Assembly (NCBI GenBank): GCA_032250835.1
Contig: JAVVEA010000016.1
Span: 21,845-85,844 of the forward strand
Length of the DNA stretch: 64,000 nt
Origin: a bacterium
GTDB taxonomy: Bacteria > SAR324 > XYD2-FULL-50-16
Direction of reading: 5' to 3'
Shown here piece after piece: positions 37,476 through 46,646 of this stretch. Under the pieces are notes generated by a model that ran no database searches, was not told where the DNA came from, and saw nothing but the letters and a program-made list of their open reading frames with translations. The position numbers and the translations under genes are program-made. The first letter of the stretch is position 1. Each line of letters starts with the position of its first letter.

Positions 37476-37813
37476 TAATTTTTTAGTTCATCTTCATTAA
37501 ACTGTTTGAGGTATTCCTCTAAGCGGTCTAGGCGCTGTTCCCACTGCCGTTGCATCTGGGATAACCAGGAAACCACTGGCTGGAAACCTTGAGGCTCTAT
37601 ATGGCAGGGACGCCATTGGGAATTGCGGCTACGGCTGATCAGTCCCGCCTTTTCGAGCACCTTTAAATGTTTGGTGATCGCCGGTAGGGACAGGTCAAAG
37701 GGAGCCGCCAATTGGCCTACTGAAGCCTCACCCCGGAGCAGGTGCGCTAAGATGGCCCGGCGGGTCGGGTCGGCCAGAGCAGCAAAGCCTAGGCTCACCG
37801 GATCTTGTTTCAT
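37475..37813 (-). CDS. ArsR/SmtB-family transcriptional regulator
   Basis: FAALADPTRRAIL, AITKHLKVLEKAGLI; AAGGAG RBS. Confidence 0.92.
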   Translation of the reverse strand: MKQDPVSLGFAALADPTRRAILAHLLRGEASVGQLAAPFDLSLPAITKHLKVLEKAGLISRSRNSQWRPCHIEPQGFQPVVSWLSQMQRQWEQRLDRLEEYLKQFNEDELKN

Positions 37814-37830
37814 CTGGATACTCTCCTTAT

Positions 37831-37852
37831 TATTTTACCTCTAGGTTAAATA
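37831..37852. promoter_or_regulatory. Probable ArsR autoregulatory operator
   Basis: Near-perfect palindrome TATTTTACCT-CT-AGGTTAAATA just upstream of the arsR RBS. Confidence 0.65.
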
Positions 37853-38167
37853 TAAAAGGTAGCGCTCAAAATGGCAAATAGTAAGGGCTTGTTACGTCAA
37901 TGGACGCAGCCCGATGGCGGGGCCTATCCGTCCACTTCGCGTAAAGACAAGACTAATCAGATAGCTGCAATAGATCGGACCGGCCCCCCAAAGGAGCCGA
38001 CAGACCAAAAGCAGCCGATTGGCGGGCGGAAATTCTATAGATCATTGGTGGCTCAGCGCTCAGGCAGATTTTTACGCCAATCGAGCTTTAGGCCGTCGAA
38101 GGACCATTGGCGTAAGGCAGCTAAGCTAAAGGGAGGCACCAGCAGGTGCCAACGCGGATGGGAAGCC

Positions 38168-38512
38168 TTAGAGGATTTCTAAAATGGCTTCGGTCGGGCG
38201 GCCGATGCGGACCTGGCCGTTATTAAACAAAACCGGGCGCTCGATCAGTTTGGGGTAGTCGTGCATCGCCTGGATCAGTTCTTCATCACTGGCGCGCTCT
38301 AGGTCTAATTCTTTAAAGAGCGTTTCCTTGCGGCGCATCACTTCTAAGGGTTTTTTGCCCAACAGTTTAAGGTACTGCTTAAGCTCTTCGATACTCGGCG
38401 GCTGGTTCATGTACTTAACTACCGAAACTTCTACGCCTTTTTCCTTTAGCAGGTCTAAGGCCTGACGGGACTTGGAACATTTCGGGTTGTGCCACAAAAT
38501 GGGCTTGCTCAT
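38168..38512 (-). CDS. ArsC/Spx-family (glutaredoxin-type arsenate reductase-like) protein
   Basis: HNPKCSKSR, LIERP, IGRP. Confidence 0.9.
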   Translation of the reverse strand: MSKPILWHNPKCSKSRQALDLLKEKGVEVSVVKYMNQPPSIEELKQYLKLLGKKPLEVMRRKETLFKELDLERASDEELIQAMHDYPKLIERPVLFNNGQVRIGRPTEAILEIL

Positions 38513-39618
38513 AGGGGCTCCGTGAACGGGGGTTGGTCAAAGTGATAAAAATGCCGGATTTCAGCAGCGATTTTTGCGGCGGCATCGCCGGGGTAAAGGG
38601 CCTTGGCCGCTTGGCTCATCTGCTCTAGTTGGTCAGGAGCTTCCAGCAACTGCGCAACGGCTTGCGCAAGGGATTCAGGGGTTAAATCAGCCTGATCCAG
38701 CAATCTAGCGGCACCGGCCTCGCTTAAAGCCAGCGCGTTCTTTAGCTGGTGGTCGCCCGAACTGTTAGGGATAGGAATCAGGATCGAAGGACAACCCATG
38801 GCGCATAATTCGTTAACCATCGAGCCGGACCGGCAAACAAACAGGTGAGCCCGGCGGTACAAGGACACCATATCTTCAAGGAAAGGGGCGACTTGGGCTT
38901 TGAACTGGGGGTACTTCGCGTAGGCGGCGGCTACTTCTTCATAGTCCAGCTTGCCGGTCTGGTGGACGATGAACAATCGCTCAGCCCAGGGTAGCAAAAA
39001 AGGCAGCGCACCGGTTAAGGCTTGGTTGAGCGCCCGAGCCCCCTGGGACCCACCTACCAACGCCAGGACCAGAGGGGTAGCGGCTTTAGCCTGCGGTGCT
39101 TCGGCGGCGTCGATGATCGCTCGGCGGATCGGATTGCCCACCACCACCGGGTTTTTAAAGACGCCTTCAAGCCCCGCAAAGGGAACAAAAGCTAAGGGCA
39201 CGCGCTTGCCCAAGATGCGGTTGGTCATCCCCGGATAGGCATTTTGCTCTTGGATCACTGTCTTAAAACCCAGCGCCAGAGCCATCAACAGCAAAGGCCC
39301 CGAAGCATAACCGCCGACCCCAATAACCAAATGGGGCCGGTATCTAATCAGGAGTCCCGCCGCTTTGGACAAGGCCAAGGGCAATTTGACTAAGCCCAAG
39401 GCTTTGCGCAGAGGGCCGACCCGGTACAATCCAGAAACCGGCAAGAGATGCAGAGGCCAACCTTTTTCGGGAATGGCTTTGACTTCAATCCCGCGCGCGG
39501 TGCCCACGAACTGGACCTCGGTGGGGCCTTGGGCTTCTAGGGCTTCGGCGATAGCCATGCCCGGAAAGAGGTGCCCGCCGGTCCCGCCTCCGGCGATTAA
39601 GACCTTCAACCTAGGCAT
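38509..39618 (-). CDS. murG: Lipid II GlcNAc transferase MurG
   Basis: GGGTGGH, GGYAS, EQNA, GNPIR, GGSQGA, HQ..NA. Confidence 0.96.
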   Translation of the reverse strand: MPRLKVLIAGGGTGGHLFPGMAIAEALEAQGPTEVQFVGTARGIEVKAIPEKGWPLHLLPVSGLYRVGPLRKALGLVKLPLALSKAAGLLIRYRPHLVIGVGGYASGPLLLMALALGFKTVIQEQNAYPGMTNRILGKRVPLAFVPFAGLEGVFKNPVVVGNPIRRAIIDAAEAPQAKAATPLVLALVGGSQGARALNQALTGALPFLLPWAERLFIVHQTGKLDYEEVAAAYAKYPQFKAQVAPFLEDMVSLYRRAHLFVCRSGSMVNELCAMGCPSILIPIPNSSGDHQLKNALALSEAGAARLLDQADLTPESLAQAVAQLLEAPDQLEQMSQAAKALYPGDAAAKIAAEIRHFYHFDQPPFTEPL

Positions 39619-40738
39619 CGTCATTGTCGGGGAGACTGCGGGCTACATTGACCAAGACCCCGGCCATAAACATCCCCATAATCAGGCTTGTACCCCCGTA
39701 GGATACAAAAGGAAGAGGGATGCCCTTGGTGGGCAGCAGGCCAATTACCACCCCCATATTCAGTACACTTTGCAACGCAAAGAGCGTGGTGATGCCCACC
39801 GCCAGATTCCGCCCAAAGTCGTCGGGTGCTTCTTGGGCCACTTGGTAGCCTTTGATCATTAAGGTCGTCACCAAAATCACCACAAACAAAACGCCTAAGA
39901 ATCCGGTCTCTTCAGCTAGAATCGAAAAGATAAAGTCCGTATGGGCTTCGGGCAAAAAGAAAAGTTTTTGGGTCGAATTGCCTAGGTCTTTACCAAAGAT
40001 GCCACCACGCCCGAAAGCAATAAAAGACTGGATCAACTGAAAGCCCGTATCTAACGGATCGGCCCAGGGGTCTAAAAACCCGGTCACCCGCCTCAACCGG
40101 TAGCTTTTTCCAGCAATCAAAAAAGCCCCCACCGCAGCTAAGCCACTTAAACTCAAGAACATATGGCTGGGGCGCAAGCCCGCTAGGAAGATCATGCTAA
40201 ACAGCGTCAAGCTGATCAAGACAGCGGTGCCAAAGTCGGGCTGCAGCACCAGCAAGAAGAAAAAGATGCCCATCACGATCAAACTGGGCAACAGCCCCCT
40301 AGAAAACTGGCGGATTTCTCCCTGCTTGCGGCTCAGGAAGCTCGCCATCCAGAGGATCAAGGCAAATTTAACAAATTCAGAGGGCTGGAAACCGATTCCA
40401 CCGAAGCGAATCCAACGCCGCGCCGCGCCGATCTGAGTCCCGATGCCCGGAATCAATACCACCACCATCATGAAAAAAGCGGCGAACATCAACAGAGGAT
40501 AGAGAGGGCGGTATTTCTGGTAAGGGACCCGCATGGCGAGGGCTAAGGCCGCAAAACCCAGGGCCAAGTTGATCACTTGACGCACCAGGAAGTGGTAGGG
40601 GCTGCCGTAGATTCGTTCGGCATAAATGGCGCTGGATGAATAGATCATCAGCGTTCCCACCCCAACCAGGGCAAGCAAACAAAAAAGAATCACTGCCTGA
40701 GGGTGGGAGCGGCGAGACCGCGAAGCTGTTTGGCGCAT
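39611..40738 (-). CDS. ftsW: SEDS peptidoglycan glycosyltransferase FtsW
   Basis: GAARRW, QPSEFVK, QPDFGT, LPEAHTDFI, LPFVSYGG; directly upstream of murG. Confidence 0.93.
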   Translation of the reverse strand: MRQTASRSRRSHPQAVILFCLLALVGVGTLMIYSSSAIYAERIYGSPYHFLVRQVINLALGFAALALAMRVPYQKYRPLYPLLMFAAFFMMVVVLIPGIGTQIGAARRWIRFGGIGFQPSEFVKFALILWMASFLSRKQGEIRQFSRGLLPSLIVMGIFFFLLVLQPDFGTAVLISLTLFSMIFLAGLRPSHMFLSLSGLAAVGAFLIAGKSYRLRRVTGFLDPWADPLDTGFQLIQSFIAFGRGGIFGKDLGNSTQKLFFLPEAHTDFIFSILAEETGFLGVLFVVILVTTLMIKGYQVAQEAPDDFGRNLAVGITTLFALQSVLNMGVVIGLLPTKGIPLPFVSYGGTSLIMGMFMAGVLVNVARSLPDNDDA

Positions 40739-40745
40739 GAGAGCC

Positions 40746-43700
40746 TTAGTCCTGTTCCAACTCCTCTTTGACAATCTTCTCCATCATCTCAGGGAGCATA
40801 TCGTCTAAGGTTTGTTGGATCGTGCTGTGGACCATTTCTTCGATCATCTCACCTAGTTGTTCGCTAAACTGAGCGGAAAGATCAAGGTGTAATTCCTCTT
40901 CGCTGTCTACGTGGGCCAAGCCGGTCGTGGTGTCTTCTTCAAACTCTTCGTTTGCCGGAGCGATTCCCGCTTCAGCCTCTTCAGCTTTATTGGTCTCATC
41001 TTCTGCAAGATGGGGTTCCTCAAAGCTCTCTTCCTCTTCGGGCTCTAGGTCCGCTTCCATCTGGGCAGCCATCAACTCATCGGCAGACAACTCCTCTTCG
41101 GGCTCTAGGTCCGCTTCCATCTGGGCAGCCATCAACTCATCGGCAGACAACTCCTCTTCGGGCTCTAGGTCTGCTTCCATCTGGGCAGCCATCAACTCAT
41201 CGGCAGACAACTCCTCTTCGGGCTCTAGGTCTGCTTCCATCTGGGCGGCCATCAACTCATCGGCAGACAGCTCGGGCTCCGCTGCCGGGGGTTCTTCGCC
41301 AGGGGCCAACCCCATCAAATTCTCTTCGGTCGGGTAACCGTCAAAGTCACTGGCCTGATGAAGAAACTGGACCGACTCACCCTCAGGGTCGTGCTCGGGT
41401 ATTGATTCGGGTTCGGTGGCCAAGCTTAATTCAGCGGGACTCTCGTCGGCGTCGAACTGTGGCGCGCCTTCTAGGTCTTCTCCCAGGTCATCAAGGCTAT
41501 GGCCCAAATCGATTTCTTCAGCATCTTCAAAATCGTCCAAAGAGTCTTCATCCACATCTGCGAAGGCGGCTGCCATCACCTCTTCTTCACTAAAGTCCTC
41601 ACCCTCCTCGTCTTCAAAAGCATCTTCTTCAAACCCAGAGGTGGCCTCCGCTTCAGCCTCCAATTCATCCTCAAGGCTAGGGAGGTCCGGGTCGTCCTCA
41701 TCCAGCTCATCGACATCTTCAAAGTCAGAGTCTCCAAGGGACTGCCCCAACTCTTCGGCCAGCGCGGCTTCTTCAGATTCGTCCAAGTCCAAGGGGGCCA
41801 ATTCCTCGGGTTCTTCGGCCTGTTCCTCGATCAATTCAGGTGCCGTTTCCATCTGGTCTTGCAAACCGGCCAAAGCGCTTTCGTCGTCTTCAGCCAGGGC
41901 GTCATCGCTAGGCGAGTCCATGTCCGACATCTTGAAGTCATCGATCCCAAAGACCTCGGGAGAGACCTCAAAAGTCACCTCACCGGCACCGTCAAAGTCT
42001 GAGTAGTCTTCTTCGCCAAAGGCTTTACCCTCGGACACAACGGTCTGGTAACCCACTTCACTTCCACCCAAGGGGCCTTGATCCGCCTCCGGTGCTTCGT
42101 CTAATCCATCGTCCGATTCGTCCCCGCCACTGGATTCGGCTAAGTCAAGGGTCAGTTCTTGAGCATCCTCAAAGCGGTCCTCGCCTTCTAATTCTGGCTC
42201 TTCCAGATCGCCGAAACTGGCTTCCTCGCCTTCTAGCTCGGGCTCTTCTAAGTCTTCAAGCTCCCCGGCAGGCTCTTCAAAGGAATCAAATCCTTCGACT
42301 TCCTCAAAGCTGTCTTCGCCTTCGAGCTCGGGCTCATCCAGCTCGCCAAAACTGGCTTCTTCGCCTTCTAGCTCAGGCTCTTCTAAGTCTTCAAGCTCCC
42401 CAGCAGGCTCTTCAAAGGAATCAAATCCTTCGACTTCCTCAAAGCTGTCTTCGCCTTCGAGCTCGGGCTCATCCAGCTCGCCAAAACTGGCTTCTTCGCC
42501 TTCTAACTCCGGCTCTTCCAGCTCACCCAAGCTGGCTTCTTCGTCTTCTAGCTCAGGCTCTTCGAAGTCTTCAAGCTCTCCGGCAGGCTCTTCAAAGGAA
42601 TCAAACCCTGAAACTTCCTCAAAGCTGTCTTCGCCTTCTAGCTCGGGCTCTTCCAGGTCGGCAAAGCTGGCTTCTTCGCCTTCTAACTCCGGCTCTTCCA
42701 GATCACCCAAGCTGGCTTCTTCGTCTTCTAGCTCAGGCTCTTCTAAGTCTTCAAGCTCTCCGGCAGGCTCTTCAAAGGAATCAAACCCTGAAACTTCCTC
42801 AAAGCTGTCTTCGCCTTCTAGCTCAGGCTCTTCCAGGTCGCCAAAACTGGCTTCTTCGCCTTCTAACTCGGCCTCTTCTAAGTCTTCAAGCTCCCCAGCA
42901 GGCTCTTCAAAGGAATCAAACCCTGAAACTTCTTCAAAGCTGTCTTCGCCTTCTAGCTCAGGCTCTTCCAGGTCGGCAAAGCTGGCTTCTTCACCTTCTA
43001 GCTCAGGCTCTTCTAAGTCTTCAAGCTCCCCAGCAGGCTCTTCAAAGGAATCAAATCCTTCCACTTCCTCAACGCTGTCTTCGCCTTCGAGCTCGGGCTC
43101 TTCCAGGTCGGCAAAGCTGGCTTCTTCGCCTTCTAGCTCAGGCTCTTCCAGGTCGCCCAAGCTGTCTTCGGCTTCTAATTCAGGCTCTTCCAGGTCACCA
43201 AAACTGGCTTCTTCGCCTTCTAGCTCGGGCTCTTCTAAGTCTTCAAGCTCCCCAGCAGGCTCTTCAAAGGAATCAAATCCTTCCACTTCCTCAAAGCTGT
43301 CTTCACCTTCTAGCTCAGGCTCTTCCAGGTCGGCGAAGCTGGCTTCTTCACCTTCTAATTCGGGCTCCTGCTGTTCCTCACTCGATCCACCGGCTGCCGA
43401 AAAGGAATCCTCGCCTCCTAATGCCTCTGATCCGTCGCCCGAGAAGTCTTCGTCTAGTTCTTCTTCCGGTTCAAGTTCGCCTGAATCCAAGGCTTCGCCG
43501 TCCTCTTCTAAGTCAAAGCTTTGGCCAGCAAAATCTTCTCCTAGGTCCTCGTCGTCATCTCCGCCAAGATGGTCAAGGCCCGTGATTTCATATTTAGCGT
43601 GGGTAACTTGGCGCAGGGCGATCATCTGCTGTAGGCTGGCGGCTGCGTCTGTGGCAGATTCGCCCAACAGCCCTGCTAGAGGGTCGTCAAAGTCTTCTTC

Positions 43701-45863
43701 ATCGTCCGCGGACTCTTCGGAAGACTCTTCTAAATTCAAATCTTCAGCGGTGTCCGTCTCTGCAAGTTGCACGTCTTGCTCGAACAACGCCTCCCCCTCG
43801 TCGAACTCCAAAGGGGGGGAGGCCTCTTCTTCCCCCAGTGGGGGCAGCTCCTCAAATTCAATTTCCAGACTGACGGGTTCAACGGCTTCTAAGGTTTCCT
43901 CTTCTAGGTCTTCCTCTTCCCCCCAGTGGTCGTCGTCGGCTTCAAGGGTTTCAATTTGCAGGTCCGCTTCGGTATGGGCATCAAAATCCGCATGGGCTTC
44001 TTCTAATTCCAGTTCCCCAGACCCGCCGTCCGCCGGTTCTTCAAAGGCGCCCAGAGCTTCTTCGGGCTCTTCAAGGTCCTCAAAGGCCTCTAGTTCATCG
44101 CTAGTATCCAAGCCGACATCTTCTAGTTCCTCGTCGCCCTCTAAATCAAAATCTTGGACAGAAGCCTCGGTGTCGGTGTCATCTAGATCTTCGACCGGCT
44201 CTAGTGCGTCAAATTCTTCAGGCTCGCCGAAGTCGTCTAATTCTTCGGGTTCTTCGAGGTCACCAAAAGCATCTAGCTCTTCAGGCTCCTCGGGAAGCTC
44301 AAGCTCTTCGATTTCCTCAAACGATTCCGAATCTTCTTCTTCGGCAAGGGCGTCGTATTCATCAAATTCATCATCTTCGATGCTCAAGCCGTCGCCCGAA
44401 AGGTCGGGCGTTTCTTCGTAGCTATGGAAACCGGCCGTGTTCGGTAGGGTCAACCCATCAGCATCTTCGGACTCTTCTAAAGCCGATTCGTAGTCGCCCT
44501 TTTCGGACTCCCAATCTTCTTCGCTTAAGTCCTCCGGTTCATCCAAGCTAAAACCAGCCGCTTCGGCAATCTCCAAAGCGGCCGCTTCATCGTCAAAATC
44601 TTCGAGATCATCGCCATCGTCAATTTCTAACTCGGCTTCTGGTTCCGCCTCATCAAAACGGCCCAAGGGGGCTAAGGTTTCTTCGTCAAAGCGATCTAGA
44701 TCTTCGATGTCATCGGGGACGGCAACACGAGGCTCGTCATCACCAAAAAAGACCACGGCTAGCTGGCTGCGACCCTGGCCACCACTCGGCTGGTTGTTGA
44801 TAGAACGTTCCACCAAGCCACCGGTCCGGACTTCCAGCTTAAAGACCCGCTGCCCTATGGGAGCCGCATCTTCGAGAGTTTCGGTCTGGGGCTCGGGATC
44901 TTCAACGTCAAAGTCGTCTATCTCGTCGGATTCGTCTTCTAAGGGCTCTAGGCTGTCTCCAAACTCGTCTGCCGCATCCTCGGGAGAAGAAAAGTCCAGT
45001 TCAAAGTCTTCCACGTCATTTTCGGAATGACCCTCAATGGAGATGCTCTCTTCATCGGCCCCGTCTTCTGCCTCGTCATCATCCAAATCCAACTCACCTT
45101 CGACTGCATCTAAATCCTCCTCTGCACCAAAGGACTCACCTAGGTGAGCTGTTTCAGCCGAAGGTTCTTCGAAGCTAAGTTCCACGTCGTCATCATCCCA
45201 CCCGGACTCATGGTCGCTCCAATGGCCTTCGTCATCGTCGGCTTCCAAAGCAGAGGAAGTCTCCAAAATCGGGGGGAGTTCGTCTTCGGCAGCGTCCTCT
45301 TCAACCGGAACGGCCTCGACCCAGTTTTGGGTGGGGTCTAGTTCCTCTTCAAGGGCGTCCATATTTACCTGTTCCAACCCACCGGGGCGGCTCATTTTTG
45401 ACTGGCGGTCCTGTTGACCTTGCAGCAGAGAGATCAGCTCGTCGTCCACCAATTCCAGATCCTCTATCCGCTCGGTGCCATATTCGCGGGCCGCTTCGGT
45501 CAACAGATCGCGGATTTGGGATTCTAGAGTTTCAAACTGGAAGGGCTTGCGCAGAAAACCAGCAACGCCCAAGGCCAACATGGACTTCTCGTCAAGACGG
45601 TCGCGTGCGCTGGTTAACAGTAAGATCGGCGTATTGGATGATTTAGGATCGGCCTTAAGGGCCTTGACGGTAGGGTAGCCATCTTTGGCTTCGGCGTTAG
45701 ATAACAGAACAATGTCCGGGCGGACCTCTCGAATCCGTTCTAAATAACGGTCAGGGTCAGCCTCGATCAAGAAGCGCCATCCTGTGGTCGCCTGAAATGC
45801 GGGGGAGTCCAACAACTCCCGCACCATCGCACTGTTCTCCAGGACGAGAATCTTCCTGTCCAT
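40746..45863 (-). CDS. Very large acidic low-complexity protein with N-terminal atypical receiver domain and C-terminal amphipathic helix (RomR/PopZ-like layout)
   Basis: REC-like ILVLENS...PDIVLLS...LLLTS...FLRKPF; long D/E-rich repeat region; C-terminal EMIEEMV...MLPEMMEKIVKEEL. Confidence 0.8.
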   Translation of the reverse strand: MDRKILVLENSAMVRELLDSPAFQATTGWRFLIEADPDRYLERIREVRPDIVLLSNAEAKDGYPTVKALKADPKSSNTPILLLTSARDRLDEKSMLALGVAGFLRKPFQFETLESQIRDLLTEAAREYGTERIEDLELVDDELISLLQGQQDRQSKMSRPGGLEQVNMDALEEELDPTQNWVEAVPVEEDAAEDELPPILETSSALEADDDEGHWSDHESGWDDDDVELSFEEPSAETAHLGESFGAEEDLDAVEGELDLDDDEAEDGADEESISIEGHSENDVEDFELDFSSPEDAADEFGDSLEPLEDESDEIDDFDVEDPEPQTETLEDAAPIGQRVFKLEVRTGGLVERSINNQPSGGQGRSQLAVVFFGDDEPRVAVPDDIEDLDRFDEETLAPLGRFDEAEPEAELEIDDGDDLEDFDDEAAALEIAEAAGFSLDEPEDLSEEDWESEKGDYESALEESEDADGLTLPNTAGFHSYEETPDLSGDGLSIEDDEFDEYDALAEEEDSESFEEIEELELPEEPEELDAFGDLEEPEELDDFGEPEEFDALEPVEDLDDTDTEASVQDFDLEGDEELEDVGLDTSDELEAFEDLEEPEEALGAFEEPADGGSGELELEEAHADFDAHTEADLQIETLEADDDHWGEEEDLEEETLEAVEPVSLEIEFEELPPLGEEEASPPLEFDEGEALFEQDVQLAETDTAEDLNLEESSEESADDEEDFDDPLAGLLGESATDAAASLQQMIALRQVTHAKYEITGLDHLGGDDDEDLGEDFAGQSFDLEEDGEALDSGELEPEEELDEDFSGDGSEALGGEDSFSAAGGSSEEQQEPELEGEEASFADLEEPELEGEDSFEEVEGFDSFEEPAGELEDLEEPELEGEEASFGDLEEPELEAEDSLGDLEEPELEGEEASFADLEEPELEGEDSVEEVEGFDSFEEPAGELEDLEEPELEGEEASFADLEEPELEGEDSFEEVSGFDSFEEPAGELEDLEEAELEGEEASFGDLEEPELEGEDSFEEVSGFDSFEEPAGELEDLEEPELEDEEASLGDLEEPELEGEEASFADLEEPELEGEDSFEEVSGFDSFEEPAGELEDFEEPELEDEEASLGELEEPELEGEEASFGELDEPELEGEDSFEEVEGFDSFEEPAGELEDLEEPELEGEEASFGELDEPELEGEDSFEEVEGFDSFEEPAGELEDLEEPELEGEEASFGDLEEPELEGEDRFEDAQELTLDLAESSGGDESDDGLDEAPEADQGPLGGSEVGYQTVVSEGKAFGEEDYSDFDGAGEVTFEVSPEVFGIDDFKMSDMDSPSDDALAEDDESALAGLQDQMETAPELIEEQAEEPEELAPLDLDESEEAALAEELGQSLGDSDFEDVDELDEDDPDLPSLEDELEAEAEATSGFEEDAFEDEEGEDFSEEEVMAAAFADVDEDSLDDFEDAEEIDLGHSLDDLGEDLEGAPQFDADESPAELSLATEPESIPEHDPEGESVQFLHQASDFDGYPTEENLMGLAPGEEPPAAEPELSADELMAAQMEADLEPEEELSADELMAAQMEADLEPEEELSADELMAAQMEADLEPEEELSADELMAAQMEADLEPEEEESFEEPHLAEDETNKAEEAEAGIAPANEEFEEDTTTGLAHVDSEEELHLDLSAQFSEQLGEMIEEMVHSTIQQTLDDMLPEMMEKIVKEELEQD
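41031..41270 (-). repeat. Four tandem 60-bp coding repeats (ELSADELMAAQMEADLEPEE)
   Basis: Lines starting 41041, 41101, 41161 and 41221 are nearly identical. Confidence 0.95.
42170..43370 (-). repeat. Higher-order coding repeat array of EEPELEGEEASF.DL and EDSFEEV.GFDSFEEPAGELEDL modules
   Basis: Recurrent GGCTCTTCAAAGGAATCAAA and CTGGCTTCTTCGCCTTCTA blocks in variable order. Confidence 0.92.
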
Positions 45864-46040
45864 CAACGCCTTATAAATGAGGGTGGGTCCGTTTCGGTAA
45901 TTATAGGCCAGCCACACAAAAAATCAACCGAAGTTTCTTTAAAAAACCTTCCTTTACGGGCCTTTGCGGTACATGGTAGTTCGCTTGAACAAAGGGAGCG
46001 GACCTGAGATAATGGCCCACATCCCCCTTCAGGTCAAGTA

Positions 46041-46316
46041 ATGGAGACTTTATTGCTTTGGGTAAAAATTGTTGTGGGTACCGGCATGGGGCTAGTGGTT
46101 TTGCTCTTTGTGGTCTGGCCTCTGTTGCGCGCCCTAGGGCAACCCATTGCCACCGAAACCCCGACTAAACCGCCGCACAAGTTCCCCCCACCAAACAACG
46201 ATGCCCCCAAAGCGGACGTAAAACCTAAGGCCACCGAAATTGTCGAATTGGCCAAAAAAGACCCGGTCTTCACCGCCCAGCAAGTGCGCCGATGGCTCAA
46301 AGAAAAGGACCCCTGA
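46041..46316 (+). CDS. Small single-TM protein with a FliF-C-terminus-like tail
   Basis: TM ending FVVWPLLRAL, Pro/Lys linker, IVELAKKDPVFTAQQVRRWL. Confidence 0.65.
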   Translation: METLLLWVKIVVGTGMGLVVLLFVVWPLLRALGQPIATETPTKPPHKFPPPNNDAPKADVKPKATEIVELAKKDPVFTAQQVRRWLKEKDP

Positions 46317-46319
46317 ACA

Positions 46320-46631
46320 ATGGAACGGTTTATGCTTCAACAAGTCTATAGACCCAAGTCACAGGACCGCCCCTTTAAGGGACTCTCAGGAAGGGAGACC
46401 GATATGGACGCCATCGAAATCAAACGCACCATCCGTCAGGTGCTCAATTACTCCCGCATGACCGCCAGAGAACACCATTTGGTGGTCGCCGGGTTGGGCA
46501 CCTTCCACATCAACGAAACCAAAACAGCCGCCGAATTAGACGTAGACGTCTGGTTGCAAACCCTGGCGGGCAAAAGGCTTTGGCTGACATTTGAAAACCT
46601 TGAATTGGCCATGGGCGAACTGTTGATTTAG
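46320..46631 (+). CDS. Hypothetical protein (may start at ATG 46404)
   Basis: ORF follows the previous gene by 3 bp; GGGAGA precedes the internal ATG. Confidence 0.5.
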   Translation: MERFMLQQVYRPKSQDRPFKGLSGRETDMDAIEIKRTIRQVLNYSRMTAREHHLVVAGLGTFHINETKTAAELDVDVWLQTLAGKRLWLTFENLELAMGELLI

Positions 46632-46646
46632 CCCGCCCAAAAGCCC

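Noticed and set aside
37871-38182. 103-aa plus-strand ORF
   Set aside because: No RBS or motif, atypical composition, overlaps the end of the arsC-like gene
41031-41270. Regular 60-bp repeats as a CRISPR array
   Set aside because: Head-to-tail with no unique spacers, in frame within a CDS, and no cas genes
40927-45030. Long plus-strand Ser-rich or Leu/Arg/Gln-rich ORFs (e.g. 42092-43585, 43582-44421)
   Set aside because: Antisense shadows of the Glu/Asp repeat gene
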